Assembly: GCA_013239625.1 (NCBI GenBank)
Contig: MU053557.1
Span: forward strand, 1,371,063-1,435,062
Length of the DNA: 64,000 bases
Source of the DNA: Lama guanicoe
Taxonomy: Eukaryota
Direction of reading: 5' to 3'
Shown in pieces: positions 1 to 12,903 of this stretch (positions are counted from its first letter, which is position 1; every line of letters starts with the position of its first letter). Made by a program: the position numbers and the translations under genes. Under the pieces are notes generated by a model, which made no database searches, had not been told where the DNA came from, and saw only the letters and a program-made list of their open reading frames with translations.

Positions 1-616
1 CACTGACAGGAAACCTAAAGAGAAGGGAAGTGTTCTAAAATCTACTTAATAAAATCTCATGCTTGGAACATTGGATTGTACATCAAAAGACCGAGACCAT
101 GATTCTTGCTTCCCAAGAGACCTGTGCTATCTTGAGAATGTAGCTTCACACGGCCACACTTGCTTTCCCCCATGCTAATGCAGAGCAGTGCTTCATTACG
201 GAAGAGGTGAGAAAATACGAAAGTGTGATATTAGTACTGGATAAAAGGTTTAAAATTAGATAAACATTTTGACCTTGGTAATTGCCTTCTGATCCCCCAA
301 CCAAAAGCAAAAACAGAAACCAACCACTTGTAGGTGAGTGAAAATGACACGCTTAGATGCAAGAGGCTTTACAGTCTGACAGTCTATAGGACTGAGTTAA
401 AGTGCCTCTGTCTCCTTGTGGAGGCACTGTATCTGCTTGTGTATATGCTGAGGCTGAAGCAGAATCGCGGAGAGCGTGCCGTGTAACTTTCAGATTCTAG
501 CACTCCTCAGATTCAACCATTTCCTCTAATTACCAGTTATCATTATTGACTCCTCCAGAAGCACAATTCACAGTTTATCGGCTTCAGGGAAAGAGATGTA
601 TCTTGCTTCTGTGGTA

Positions 617-641
617 TGTGTGTGTGTGTGAGAGAGAGAGA
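617..641. repeat. (TG)n(AG)n compound microsatellite
   Basis: tgtgtgtgtgtgtgagagagagaga read directly. Confidence 0.85.
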
Positions 642-1516
642 TACAGCCATATAGCTACCTGAAGTTTGGTTTAGAGAGCAAAACTTCTAAATTGTCATGA
701 TAAAATAGGCAAGTTTTTGTATATGCATACACGTACATTCAACTTTTATCTTTGTTATTTTGGGCAAAGAGAGAGACGTGAGAGCTAGTGGTGATGGTGA
801 TGATCCCCACCCACATTTGGGACTGTCCATTTTCAGCCTATTACAAAAAACAATTATCATCATCATTCATAGAACAGAAATTAATCGGCACATCTTGAAT
901 CTCATACTGCAAGGTCCAAGGTGCCTTACTTGGGACTTGTAATTAACATATGGGAAATAATGTGCAGTGGTTTTGCGCTACAGCAAGGAATTAGTGAGGT
1001 TAAATTAATGTTTACTGGGCAGCGCCAATCACAGAAGAATGTATGTTGTATGGTAGGACATACAGCTGCTTGTATTCTGTCATGCCTGGTGCATTTCATT
1101 TGATACTCTCCCTACTTGCCTGTCCCACTTGTCCTCTCCCCACAGCCTGGAACCAGTCTGAAGCTGGCAGGTTCCCATGTAGTTAGCCTCTCACTTCGCA
1201 TGTGCAGCTGGAAGAGCTGCAAAGGCACCAGTCACACAGTGACAGTCTCAGAGAGCCACTACACCCCTGGCTGCTCACAGTCGCCAGATGACTGGGAAAC
1301 ATTTAAAATGATGGTTTCTAGATTTGTGTATCCTTTAAAGCTGCAAATAGAATTTATTTTATTCCAGGGTTTTATTTATTCATTTATTTAACAGATATTT
1401 ATCACACATTTTCTTGCACTAGGTCCTGGACACCTAATCTCTATTCACTCTTCTTCAGAAGCCTAGAGTCAATTATTTGGTATTAAAATCTTGCCATTCA
1501 AACAGTATTAGGGTGT

Positions 1517-1555
1517 TTCTCTCCCTCTCTCTCTCTCTCTCTCTTTCTCTCTTTC
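1517..1555. repeat. (CT)n microsatellite
   Basis: ctctccctctctctctctctctctttctct. Confidence 0.85.
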
Positions 1556-2269
1556 ACTGCTCTGTATTTCATGAGTCTTCTGCATGGGTGTCCTCCTCCT
1601 CTTTCTCTGCCTAACAAAGTGTAAGTCATTCTGAAAATCTCAAATCCAGTGCCAAGTCCATGAGGTCCTTTCAGATTACCTCAATGATAAATGATTTTTC
1701 TTTGGCCCACTAAATTTTGGAACTCTGTTACACGGCAAATATACCTGATACAAACCTGCAGCTGTAGTAGCTCCATATCATACAGTCTTTCATTCATCAA
1801 GCATTTAGTGGGTATCTCCTCTTCCTTCTGCCAGGCGCTGTGTTAGGCAAGATGAAACAGAGGAAAAGAGGAAGGAGAGGCAGTATGATGTTACTGTTAA
1901 GAAACAAGATCCAAGTAAAAGTGTAAAATAGTATATGTTTTTGGATTTCTTGTATTATTTACATGACATTGTTTTTGAAATCCATGCATGATGTAGCATC
2001 TACATTTTCAAGCTTATTGACATGAAATTGTTCAATATATACTTACTTTTTGACTTTTGCCTTATCTGTAGATATATCATGTTTTAATACTTATTAGTCT
2101 GTTCAAAGGTTTATTAATTTTATTTTGTCAACATAAAAATTATTGTATCTATTGAGCCTTTCTATTTTATTTATCTTTATTTCTATGATTTATGATTTTT
2201 CTTTAATATTTCCTTCCTCTTAGTTTCCTTATGCTTATTCTGCATTTTCTTTTTATGGTGAATCCTCAG

Positions 2270-2852
2270 TACATCTGAAATGAATTTATTGGCTCTCAGT
2301 TCAGAATCACCCTTCTTTTGCCCTGTTTCATGATGCTGGAGCTGGACTTTGCAAATCAAGTTTCTCCTTTTCCAGCTATCTCAATGTTAGATTCTGACAT
2401 AAGGGGCACTGGAAGGAAACCACAAGGAAGGAGCAAGGAGAAGGAAGGCACTTGCTTCTTTCTATTTTTCCTCAGTAGCAGGTGGACTGGTGCGTGGTTG
2501 GTCGCTGCAGCCTTCCCAGCGAGGGCGGTCAGTGCCGCGCGCATCTGTCCGCCCAGAAATGCTCTTCACCACGGGGGCGTGCTGCTTTCCTGGTCCTGCA
2601 GAGTGGCCTTTAGCAGCCACCATGGCTGGTGTGTTTTTGGAAAACCTGTGCCTTCTCTCAGAGGTCTAGATTTTATCATCCTAGAGGCTCTCATCTGTGT
2701 ATCTTCCTTGCTCATTTTGAGCTCTGTCAGCCCTGAGGGTGGGGGCTGCTTTCTGCAGTAGTTCACCACTTTATCTCAGTTAACAACTCTTTATATTAAA
2801 TATTCCCTCTTCAAATTTCTGGTGTGGTTTCTGTCTCCTAACTGGACCCTGG
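2270..2852 (+). mobile_element. ERVL-type solo LTR (LTR33-like)
   Basis: Ends with tttatattaaatattccctcttcaaatttctggtgtggtttctgtctcctaactggaccctg, typical of the LTR33 3' end. Confidence 0.7.
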
Positions 2853-3199
2853 TTTATTTAATTCATTAATAGTCACCCTTTCTTCTCTTTTAAAAATTTA
2901 AGGCAGTAAAATCACCTCCACCTGTATGTCAGTACCCACAAACTGTGCCGCTTAAATTTGTATTTTATTTATGACTAAGTAATAAATATTTTTAAATTTC
3001 TACTCTGATTTCCTCTTTGTTCCAGACATAGAACAATATCTCAAACCACTTTTTTTCCTAAATGGATTATTTATTGTTAGTATTTTTCTAATTATGTTGT
3101 TATACATTCAAAAACCATTATCTGAATGATACCAACTGTGTATAGTGTAGTGATGCTTGCTCTTAGGTTGGTAAAGACTGTTTCATCTCCAGTTATAGG

Positions 3200-3730
3200 A
3201 TTATTTCAGTTATTTCTTACTGAATAATAAAATCTCCCCAAATTTGGTCGCTGAAATAATAATTTTTTTATCTCTCACAGTTTTACAACTTGACTTAGAC
3301 CAGAGATTAGACACTAATATGCAGTTTCAGGGAGATGGGGTCTGGTACTGGAAATATCTTAAGGCATGAGAGAGGCAGAAATCCAAGAGAGCATCTTCAG
3401 CCATATTTCTGGCATCTCAGTTGGAAGAACTGAAATATCTGGGGACTGGATGGGCACCTCTATCCTGGTGTTCACTCCACGTGACTAGCTTAGGATTCTT
3501 TACGGTATGGTGGTCCCCAAGTAACTGGACTTCTTACATGGGGGCTGCTGGTTTGCCCTAGAACATACATTCCTGTCGACCAAGGTGGAAGCTGGAAGCT
3601 GCAAGGGAGTCACATAGCATCCCACCGTACTGGTCACACAAGGTGTTCCCAAATTCGGTGTCTGTAGGACTACCCAGCATATGAGCACCCAGAGGTGTGG
3701 TCCATTTCACAGTCATCTTTGGAGACTGTA
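3200..3730 (-). mobile_element. MaLR solo LTR (MLT1G/H-like)
   Basis: MLT1 motifs ccccaaatttggt..aaataataa..tctcacagtt, ggacttcttacatgg, gaagctgcaagg, catctttggagact. Confidence 0.7.
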
Positions 3731-4479
3731 AGGATGTTCTTGCGTGGCCATTAGGAGGTTAAATGTGCTCTTCCAATTTTCTTTATCTTACTGTTTCATT
3801 TTTGTCCACCTAGATTTCCTCTTTGTCCCAGCTATTGTTTAGAATTCTCTTCTAACTGTATTGTTTTTGTTCTCTAACTATATCAAGCTATGCTCATAAC
3901 AGTCTGAATGATACCAATTCTTCTGAAGTGTGGTGTGACTTGTCTGCTATACCAGTATCTTAGAGAGTTGTTAAAAAATGTTCTATGTGAAATTCAGATA
4001 GTTAATTCTACTTAAGGTTCTGTCAATATTCGCTTTCTAGTTTTTGAAGGTATAGTACACACATTTGGAATTTTTTATTTCCCTAATATATTGAATATTT
4101 TACCATTTGCTTCTCTGTATTATTTATTTTTAATGATATTTTTGCCTTAAAGCTTACGGTATTTACATAAATACACTGTTCCAATTTTGGCTCTTACTGG
4201 CCTGTTACTTTTACTTTCAACTTCCTGTGTCCCTAAATGTTAAGTTTTCTCTCTGGTAGAGCACACATAGTTCTGCTTATGTTTTGTATTCAATCCATTC
4301 CAACAATTTTCATATTTTAACTGGAGAGTTTGTTAATTTAAATTAATTGTGTTATGTTTATATTTGGATTTTACCATTTATTATACCTTCAGTTTGGCTG
4401 TATCTTCAGGAATCTTTTTTGACTCTTTTTCACTTATTTCTTGATTTCTATCGCCCTAATTGAGTAGTAGTTTGGATTT

Positions 4480-4782
4480 CTAAAACAGCGTTCTTGAGAT
4501 GTAATTTGATACGCACAGAACTGCACGTAATGTGTAGTTTGATGAGTCTGGGCACATGCAAACACCTGCGATACCGTCACCACAATCAAGGCAATAGACA
4601 CCTCCCAGAGTCTCCTTGTGGCCCTTTAGGGTTTTTTGGTTTGTTCTTATTTGTGGTAAGAACACTTTACATGAGCTCTGCCCCTTAACAAATTTTGAAG
4701 TGCACAATGCCGTATCATTAAGTATAGGCACTGTGTTGTAGGGTAGATCTCCAGAACTCATTCATCTAGCGTAACTGAAGAA
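4480..4782 (-). mobile_element. L1 3' UTR fragment (L1MA/L1MB type)
   Basis: gtaagaacactttacatgagctc..aaattttgaagtgcacaat..agatctccagaactcattcatct is an antisense L1MA/MB 3' UTR. Confidence 0.8.
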
Positions 4783-6335
4783 TAGACGCGTGGGGGTTAT
4801 TCCTTCTAAGACTGTTTCAGCATGCTCACTTAATTAAATGAAGCCAAAAAGGAACCAGTGCCTTTGGTGTCATTGTAAACAATAGATATACTTTCACATG
4901 TTTTAATTCATTATTACTCTCAATTTGCATGTTTCTTCCCACATTTAAGTTTACTCTTGTTTTATTTGTATCCCTAAAACACTTGTGTAATAGTTGTTTA
5001 GATTTCTTTACATGGTAATAATGTCATAGCTCCCTCTTATATCAGACTTTCTATTTGAGATCAGTTTTCTTCCATCCAAAATATGTCCTTTAAGTACTTT
5101 TTTTTCAGTGAAGTAAACTCTTAGAATTTTTTAAAAAACCTGAATGCCTTTATTTTGTCCTAGTCCTTTGAAGTTATTTTTGTCTTAGCACATTGAAGGT
5201 ATTACTCCAATGTCTTCTGGCGTCCAGTGTGTGTTGTTGATAATTCAGCTGTCAGGCTAATTGCCATTCTTTTGTAGGTGATCTCTGTTTCTTCTGTGGC
5301 TTCTTTGAAAATCTTCTCTTTGCCCTTGTGTTTTACAACTTCATAGATTGATGATAAGTAGGTAGGTAGGTAGGTAAGTAGATATAGAGATACATTCACA
5401 TATATGTATAAATATATATATTGCTCATATGAATTTCTTTTTATTTATTTTATTTGGGTTGTTCATGGGTTTTGTGGACTTACAGTTTGATGCTTTTCAA
5501 TAATTCTGAACATGTATGTCATTATCACTTGGGTTATTAACTGTTCCCAGTTTTTTCCACCCTTCAGTTACTTTTTTACTTCAATTATTATATATTTTTT
5601 TCTTACATGAAGCTCTGTTTGTTTCTTTTCCACTGACTGGTTGCTTTATGGTCTCTTTTTTCTATTATTTATGATGTCAGTCCTTCTGTTGTATCTTGAA
5701 ACACATTGAACACACTCATTTTTTATTCTGTATTTGATAATTTTACTTATTATAGGATTGTGCTCTCTGTTGTTTCTTTGGCTGTCACTCATGGTGCCTT
5801 GTTTGCTTATATGGTGTAGGATTTTTGACTGTGAGGTCACAGTTCTTGGGAGGTCCTCTGCAGTAATTCTTTGAAACAGGCTAACGTTGGATTTTTCCAG
5901 AGTATTATATTTGATTCTGTTAGTTACTTCCAGTTATTACTTACTTGGAATTACCTGCTTAAGATGATTTAAGTTATAGGAGGTAAAAGGAATTAGGATG
6001 CAAAACCTCTAAGTGAGAACAGTCGGTTGCTTTGTTAATTCTCAAAGTCACTTTTTCCCCATTCAGCCAGTGCCAAGGTCAAATGAGACAGGGTTCCATG
6101 TTGTCTCCTTCTAGGTAGTGAGTATATTTATCACAAACCCTTACTCTGAAAGAGTAGCCCCTTGGATCTACAGATTGATACTGGGGTTTCCTATACATTT
6201 TCACTTTAGGCTGGCCCTCTCCCTTATTTCCATTCTCTTATATCCTGCAGGCTTTTAAAACAGAATCCTAAAGAGTCAGTGAGGTTCATCTCAAGGTGAA
6301 ATTCACTTTAAGTGCTAGCCTACTTTTCAGGATGT

Positions 6336-6498
6336 CTTCCTTCCTCCCTCCCTCCCTCCCTCCCTCCCTCGCTCCTCTTCCTCCTTTCCTTCCTTCCTTC
6401 CTTTGCTCCCTCCCTCCTTCCCTCCCTCTTTTTCTTCCTTCCTTCCCTTCCCTTCCCTCCTTGCCTTCCTTCTTTGCTGCTTTTTTCCTTCTTTTTTT
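6336..6498. repeat. (CCTT/CCCT)n polypyrimidine tract
   Basis: About 160 bp of almost pure C/T; explains the low-complexity ORFs at 6296-6627. Confidence 0.95.
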
Positions 6499-7948
6499 GT
6501 GTGCATGTGTGTCTGCAGATTACAGATACTTTGTATTTTTGCCACATCAGTGGTGGATATTTTAAAGATGAGTTTTAAAATATTTTATCCAGAAATTTTA
6601 GTTGTTTTCAGTTGCAACATTATTTAGAATCGCCAATCCATCAAAGGGCCAGAAACAAAAGTCCTCTAGTAGTTGTGTGTCCCTGACACTTACTAACATT
6701 GTGTCCCTCAGAATTCTTGTATCCTGTAAATCGGTGGAGGCAAAGGGTGGCTGACTATGAGGGCAGGAGGTGAGGGGAAGGGTCCTAGGTCCTTCTGCCT
6801 GCACTACTATACTTTTACATTAGCCTTCACTTGGAAAAAAGTGTTTTTCTAGGGGAAAAAATTAAACTGGAAGAAGTTTTAAAACTGTCCTAGCCGTTAG
6901 TATGCACCTAACATAGTCTATACTGCCTTGCTGAAGTAGACTGGGCTGAGCAATGACTCTTCTACTATGTTTTGTATGGACTTCCTAGAATATACAGTTT
7001 GTGAAAATGACCCTCACGCCTGCTTACAGCCCCTTCTGAATCCTCAATTTGTTGAAATGCCCAATTTACTAATGTTTTTCTAAATCAATAACCTGAAGTG
7101 TGGAAATGCTTGAAATACAGCAACGGAATGTATCAGTGTTTTCAAAGTTGCCCTGTCTTTGAAAAAGTACAAAAGCAATTTCATCTCATAGGTGAAAGCA
7201 GGTTTGGTTTATACTTGAGGAAAGTATTAAAAAGGTGTACTTTAAACACCTGTATGGAGAACGTAGAGTCAGTATTACACTGAAATTCTTAAAACTCTCC
7301 AGGCTGATCTCACATTTCATCAAGGACAGACTACTTAGAGAGGAGAAGGCTAAAGGAAGGAGACATAGACCTAGTTCCTGCTGCCTGTCTTCCTAGCTAG
7401 GATCCAAGTGCTGCTTTTAAATTTATGAGATCAGAACATCAAAAGATAGCAGCTAAATATATTCAGATACAGTGGAAATTTTGACATAAATTTAGTGACT
7501 TATTTTTCCCCTCAAGAAATGAGTGCATGTGTTTTACAAGCTATTTCTTAGGACTTGATTTACATAGAGGCCCATTTATTTAGGAGAGAATCAATAAACA
7601 GGATTCCACAGGAGGGCATCAACCCAGTGAGATGCCCTGGGGCAGCAGTGTCACTGCTCCCTTCCCCTTGCTGCCCCTAGCAGAGCGTAAACAGACGACC
7701 TCTCAGAGGGCCTCCCGTGGAGCAAGGCCGTGTGGGGCGGCCAGCGGCACCACGGAGGACCCCTCCTCTCTGTGTACTTTCATGAGAGAATTAGAATCTG
7801 TGGGCTGCTGAACTCTTACCAAGACTGGGTCAGAGGCTGGGCTGTCCAGCAGAGCTTGTGAAATGTCTAGAATATAGACTTCAGTTGGAAAGCTCCGAGC
7901 AGTTTCTTATTCAGTATGTGGATAAATAGATAGTGAGGGGTTTTTTTT

Positions 7949-8350
7949 GCACACACACACACACACAAATTATAGAGCAGAGAAATGAATATATAGAATA
8001 ATATGCATCACTGTGGTTAAATCTCAAAATAAAATGTTAAGTGGAAACAACAAACAAAAAAAAAGCAAGTTGCAAATAGCTGAGAGTATTTATGTAAAAA
8101 TTGGAAAGCACATAAAAATAGCTTATATCGTTTGTCAATATATTCCTATGTAGTACAAGTTCAAAAACATGCTTATGAGTGATTCACATCATCTTGAGAA
8201 TATTGCTTATCTTAGGAAGGGAGGGACGGGAAGGGAAAGGACTTTTCCTTATTTATGATGTTCTATACCTTACTTTTAAGAGCGTCAGCTGAGACATGTG
8301 GCAAGTAGCAGCATATGTCTTATCTTGGTAGTGATTATATAGATGCCTAT
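7949..8350 (+). mobile_element. (CA)n followed by an old L1ME 3' fragment
   Basis: cacacacaca.., then aaatgaat..aatctcaaaataaaatgttaagtgg..aagcaagttgc. Confidence 0.6.
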
Positions 8351-10199
8351 AATCTTATTTATTTTGCCACCCTTTTTCTACCTGTACTAACAATTCTTAG
8401 TGCATAATTAGTCTATACTGTTTATTGTGCATTAACTTAGCCTTTTTCTGTGATTTCTGCTGTGCTATGTTCTATAGTTTAGATATTCTGTCAGTATTCA
8501 AGGTAGGGCTAATATCATACCAAATATCTCCATGGCAAACTTTTATAAGCTTATAAAAATTATGAATACTTTTAAATCTGAGTCCAATTAAAAAATAAAC
8601 AAGTAAATGGTTACCAGAGAGAGAAAGGAATATCATGGAGTAGAGAAATTACTGATGTAATGTGACAGAAAATAAAAGTAAGCTGGCGAGAAACCATGTA
8701 AAAATAATCATAAAAGCCATGCAAATATCAAGTTAGTTTAATTTTTGACTAAAGAGCAAATAAAAAATTATGTAAGCAATATATATTTTTGCTCTTATTC
8801 CTCCATTCCACTTCCTGTAAAAAATACTAAGAAAGAGGTAAGTTTTGCGGTATGTAAATTATACATGGATAAAACTGATACAAAGATGCTATGAAAGAAC
8901 TGTGTGTGAAAAGATGGACTAAAGTCTGAAAAAGCTAACACAAGTCAAATACAGATGGAAAGAAAGGAAAGAAAATGGACAGCAGTATCTCAGATGACAG
9001 AATGTCTTTTCAATTCCGTACTCAAGAAAGAAAAACGTTAAAATAGAAAGCTGTCTGTCTCAAAAAAGTATGTCAGAAAATGGAGGGGACATAAATAGCT
9101 CGGAAAGGGTAATTTACCTTCCACTTTATCTTTGCGTGTGAAGCAAAGGGGGAGAGGATAAAAAGGAAGACCCCTATTGATGGGGAAATGATCTGGGGAC
9201 CAGTGGACGTGCAGTCAAACTTCAGCTATGTCTAGATCAATAAGGAAGTATTAAAGTGTCATTATTTATGGAACCACAGTAGCCGCTGGCCAGACAAGGT
9301 GAAACTGGCCTGGAAGGCAGATGAATCAAGAGAAGGAATATCAGCTGGTTGGGAGGGACCCCACCCATGCGAAGAGGGATTGCGAAATGATTAGAAACCT
9401 ATTTCATAAGATGTTTTCATTGTGCATGGCCAGTAAAACAAATAAGGGCGTAAATAAAAGCAAAATGTTTGATTTCCTGGCTCTCCAAAGCCATTATCAA
9501 TCAAAGGAGAAAACTTTCCTTGCAGCTGTAAGAAATAGTTTAGCTCTCCCTGAAAGCATTCTCTGAAGGTCTCTATCTTTGACAGTGCTTCAAAACAGGA
9601 TGGGGTGGGGGTGGGCGGGAGTCACTGAAAGTGATTTTAAGCATTATGTATTTGGAGAAAGTCAGAATATCATGGCAGATTTCATCAGAGGGAAGTGTTA
9701 CAGACATCTATGACTAACTCAGTCCTTGAAGCAGAATTCCAAATTGAGATAGGGAATTACCTGGACCAGGTCACTACACAGTCCTATTTTGAAAAAGTCA
9801 TTCCGTAGTCTACTAGTACAGATGTCATGAATTTCATGTGGAAAAGGGCCCAGAAGTGGAAAAGCAGTTCCCTCGTTTATTTATTCCCTCCTTAGTTTAT
9901 TAAGAAAGAAAATACGACTTGTAATATGCCTACTTCCAGCCTAAACATGAGAATTGAGAATTTAGTATGTTTAGAGTAGTTACACCTTTAAATGACACAG
10001 AAGCGGAACACATCTGAAAGAGGAGAAAACAAGCTTTGGTCCAAATTTCTCTAAATATTGTGTAGAAAAACAAATTATTAAACTTTGTTTTGACTATTTT
10101 GTTCATTCGACAGAATTGACTAGTTTATCATGTTTATTAAGCACCTAGTATGTTTAAAAATATTGTGATAAATATTAGGCAAAAAACCCAAGGAATTAA

Positions 10200-10440
10200 G
10201 TAAGAATAAATGTAGTTAATATTTATGACTTTCCACCACATGCCAGTCACTGTGTTAGGGCCTTACATAAATTATTTCAAGTAAACCTCATGATGCTTCA
10301 AAGAAGAGATATTATTTATCCACTTTTTTTGAGGAGAAAGAAACAGGTTTAAGAGCTTGCCCAAATAAGAAGCTGATATTTAAATCTTAGATCTAGTGGA
10401 TTCCACAGACATGTCCTTCTCATTAATCCACACTGCTCTG
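10200..10440 (-). mobile_element. MIR SINE
   Basis: tgccagtcactgtgttaggg..tattatttatccactttt..gaggagaaagaaacagg..cttgccca. Confidence 0.7.
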
Positions 10441-10629
10441 AAAAGAATGAGATTTTGTAAATGATGAGACCATCTACACCCAAAAGTCTATGACCTAGGT
10501 GTGTGTGTGTGTACAACAGTATGGCCCACATTGTATGAGACAAATGGGTAAGTGATGTAGAAGTTCAGAGGATTCTTAAAACTAACGGCTTTTTAAAAGA
10601 AAAAGAAAAAGATTAACTTCTGAGTTGAA

Positions 10630-11450
10630 AAATGAATACAAGCCATGAACTGCCATTTAAAAAAAGAAAAATGGAAAATAAACAATATGCAATAATGCTA
10701 GAGGCCACCTGTTAAAAAACAAAACAAAATTCACTCAGTGCTGATGTCATTTTTTATCTCTCAAATTACTAAGCTCTAAAACATGTCAAGACTGAGGTTG
10801 ACCAGTACCCAGAGATTAGGCCTCATGTGCTCCTGGGGAGAGTGTAAATTGCAGTAACTTCCTGGGGTAGATGTGGGGGCAGTTTGCCATTTGCCTTACT
10901 TAGTGATACTATTTAAAATGTCTTTACCCTTTTTCCCAAATATTTTCACTTCTATTTATTTATGCAAAGGAAACAATAGGTGCAAATACAAAGTTTTGGC
11001 TGTAAAAAAAAATCTATCACAGAGTCGTTTTAGAAGTAAAAATCTGGAAATAAAACAATGTTCAACAACAAAATATGAAAAGCTTAATTAAATATATGCT
11101 CATATATAATAGAATAGTGGAATACTTTGTAGACATTAAAGTGAGGTTCTTGAGAAATACTTAAGAAAATGAGGGAAAATTTACATTTTATTAAGTGAAA
11201 AGCAATCTATAAAATGTTATGTGTATCCTAATCTCAATATATACTAAAATATATGTATATATTATGAATTCATCAATATAGACATTAAAATATTAGTAAT
11301 TTCAAGCAAAATGTTAAGTTTTCTCTAGATAATAAGATTATAGACAATTGTTAATACTGAATATTTTAACCATTTCTCAAATATTCTGAAATCTTAAAAA
11401 TATATGTATGTATTAAAAATTTAATAATTATTAAATCATTTTATCTAATA
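10630..11450 (+). mobile_element. Old L1ME 3' fragment
   Basis: gagtgtaaattgcagtaacttcctgg..ggaaataaaacaatgttcaacaac..ggaatactttgtagacattaaa. Confidence 0.65.
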
Positions 11451-12641
11451 ATTAGTAAATTTAAAATTAAATGAGAAGAAAATCAAAGGCTTTAAGAGCT
11501 AAAATATTCCAAGTAAAGACTCATGGAGAAGATAAGATTTCTTTGGAGGACAGGGTTGCTGGCTAAGATACATAAAAGACAGGGTAGAAAAGAAGAGATA
11601 GTCTAAATAAAGAGAACAGAACCAACAAAAATAGAATATTATAAAGGATGCTTACGAAATGGAGAATAGACCAGGCAGCAAGAGGACAGAAGGAGAGCAC
11701 TGAGCTTCAAACATTACTGAAATTAGAGTGAATACAAACTAAATAACTTCGTTAGAGAACAAAGGATCTTGGACAAGTACAAGTCAGGTGATTAGCACTC
11801 CTTTGTCCATCCACTCAATGATGTATTCATTCAGAAAACATCTCAAATACTTACTATGCACCAGGTCCTGTTTTAGATGCTAGGATGAAAGAATTAAACT
11901 GAGGTCCCTACTCCCTTATAGGGTTTGCAGTCTAGGGCAGAAATAATCTGGTAAATTTTATTTATCCTTTTTCTCTTCCTGAATTCCACCCCAAATGGGA
12001 AAGAAATTCTAGGATCCTGTTCTGTCCAGTTATAATACAGTAATCTATGTCCATGAAAGTTGCCCATTTGTTCAGTGAAAAGGAACTTCGAGTTCCATTA
12101 TGTAAATGAAGAAACTAACTAGGTCCTGATTTTGCCACTTGATATATTTCAGTCTCACTTACCAAGTCCTCACTGTATCTTCTTGCCTGCCTCTTAGATA
12201 CAACCTACTTCTCAGTGGTCTGTCAGCTAGATCACCCCCTTCCAGTCTGAACTGTCCTTTCCCAATGTCTACCTGACAAACTCTGCTCATCTTTCACAGT
12301 CATATCATAAGGGACTTTCTTAGATGGCTCACTCAGCCATAATCCTTCCCCTCATCCATACTCCTCAGGCACTTTGTTTATTGAGCTTATATTTGACTTT
12401 TTCCTAAGAGCTCTGCAAACCTCTATATTCACAGGTATTACTGTATTTTATAATTCCATTCACAAAGTGCAGTGAAAAATAAATGAAAAATTTGAGTGAC
12501 CCCACAAGATCCTTAATGAATCTATAAAAACACAGGATTAAAATAATTTATACTACTGTTAAATTCTGGCTGGATAACCAGCTGAAATAGCTTATCAACT
12601 GACTTATGTACTCCTTATTCATTTATATTTTTAATATAGGA

Positions 12642-12903
12642 CAGTGTTTTTCAAACTGGGGGGGGTCACAAACCATTAGTCCATCATAAAGTCAATTAAG
12701 TGGGTCACAATCAGTATTTTAAAAAAAGAAATAGAAAAAGAGAAAGGGTTAGGAAAATAATCTGAGTATATGACCTACAGTAAAAGCAAGTAATGCGTAT
12801 TGAAGTTGTTTCATTTGTGTGTGTGCATGTGTATATGTTTATTAGATTGTGAAAAGTTGCTTTTTACATAGGTCATGGATTAAAAAAAGTTTGAAATCCA
12901 CTT
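12642..12903. mobile_element. hAT-Charlie-type MITE
   Basis: Imperfect terminal inverted repeats cagtgtttttcaaact (12642) and agtttgaaatccact (about 12889). Confidence 0.65.

Larger units (their letters stand above)
1920..6620 (-). mobile_element. Ancient, fragmented L1M LINE-1 (ORF2 and ORF1 remnants) interrupted by younger elements
   Basis: T-rich antisense L1 signature; ORF 5202-5399(-) KGKEKIFKEATEETEITYKRMAISLTAELS resembles the L1 ORF1p motif KEKILKAAREK..TYKG.PIRLTADFS. Confidence 0.75.

Noticed and set aside
2565..2582. CTCF-like tcaccacgggggcgtg
   Set aside because: The spacing is off by one base from the CTCF core and cannot be supported without a PWM scan.
2318..2769. 147-aa ORF and antisense ORFs
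   Set aside because: They lie inside a solo LTR, the long one starts at TTG, and none resembles a protein I recognise.
6296..6627. Five overlapping ORFs rich in P/S/L/F or G/R/E/K
   Set aside because: They are translations of the (CCTT)n tract.
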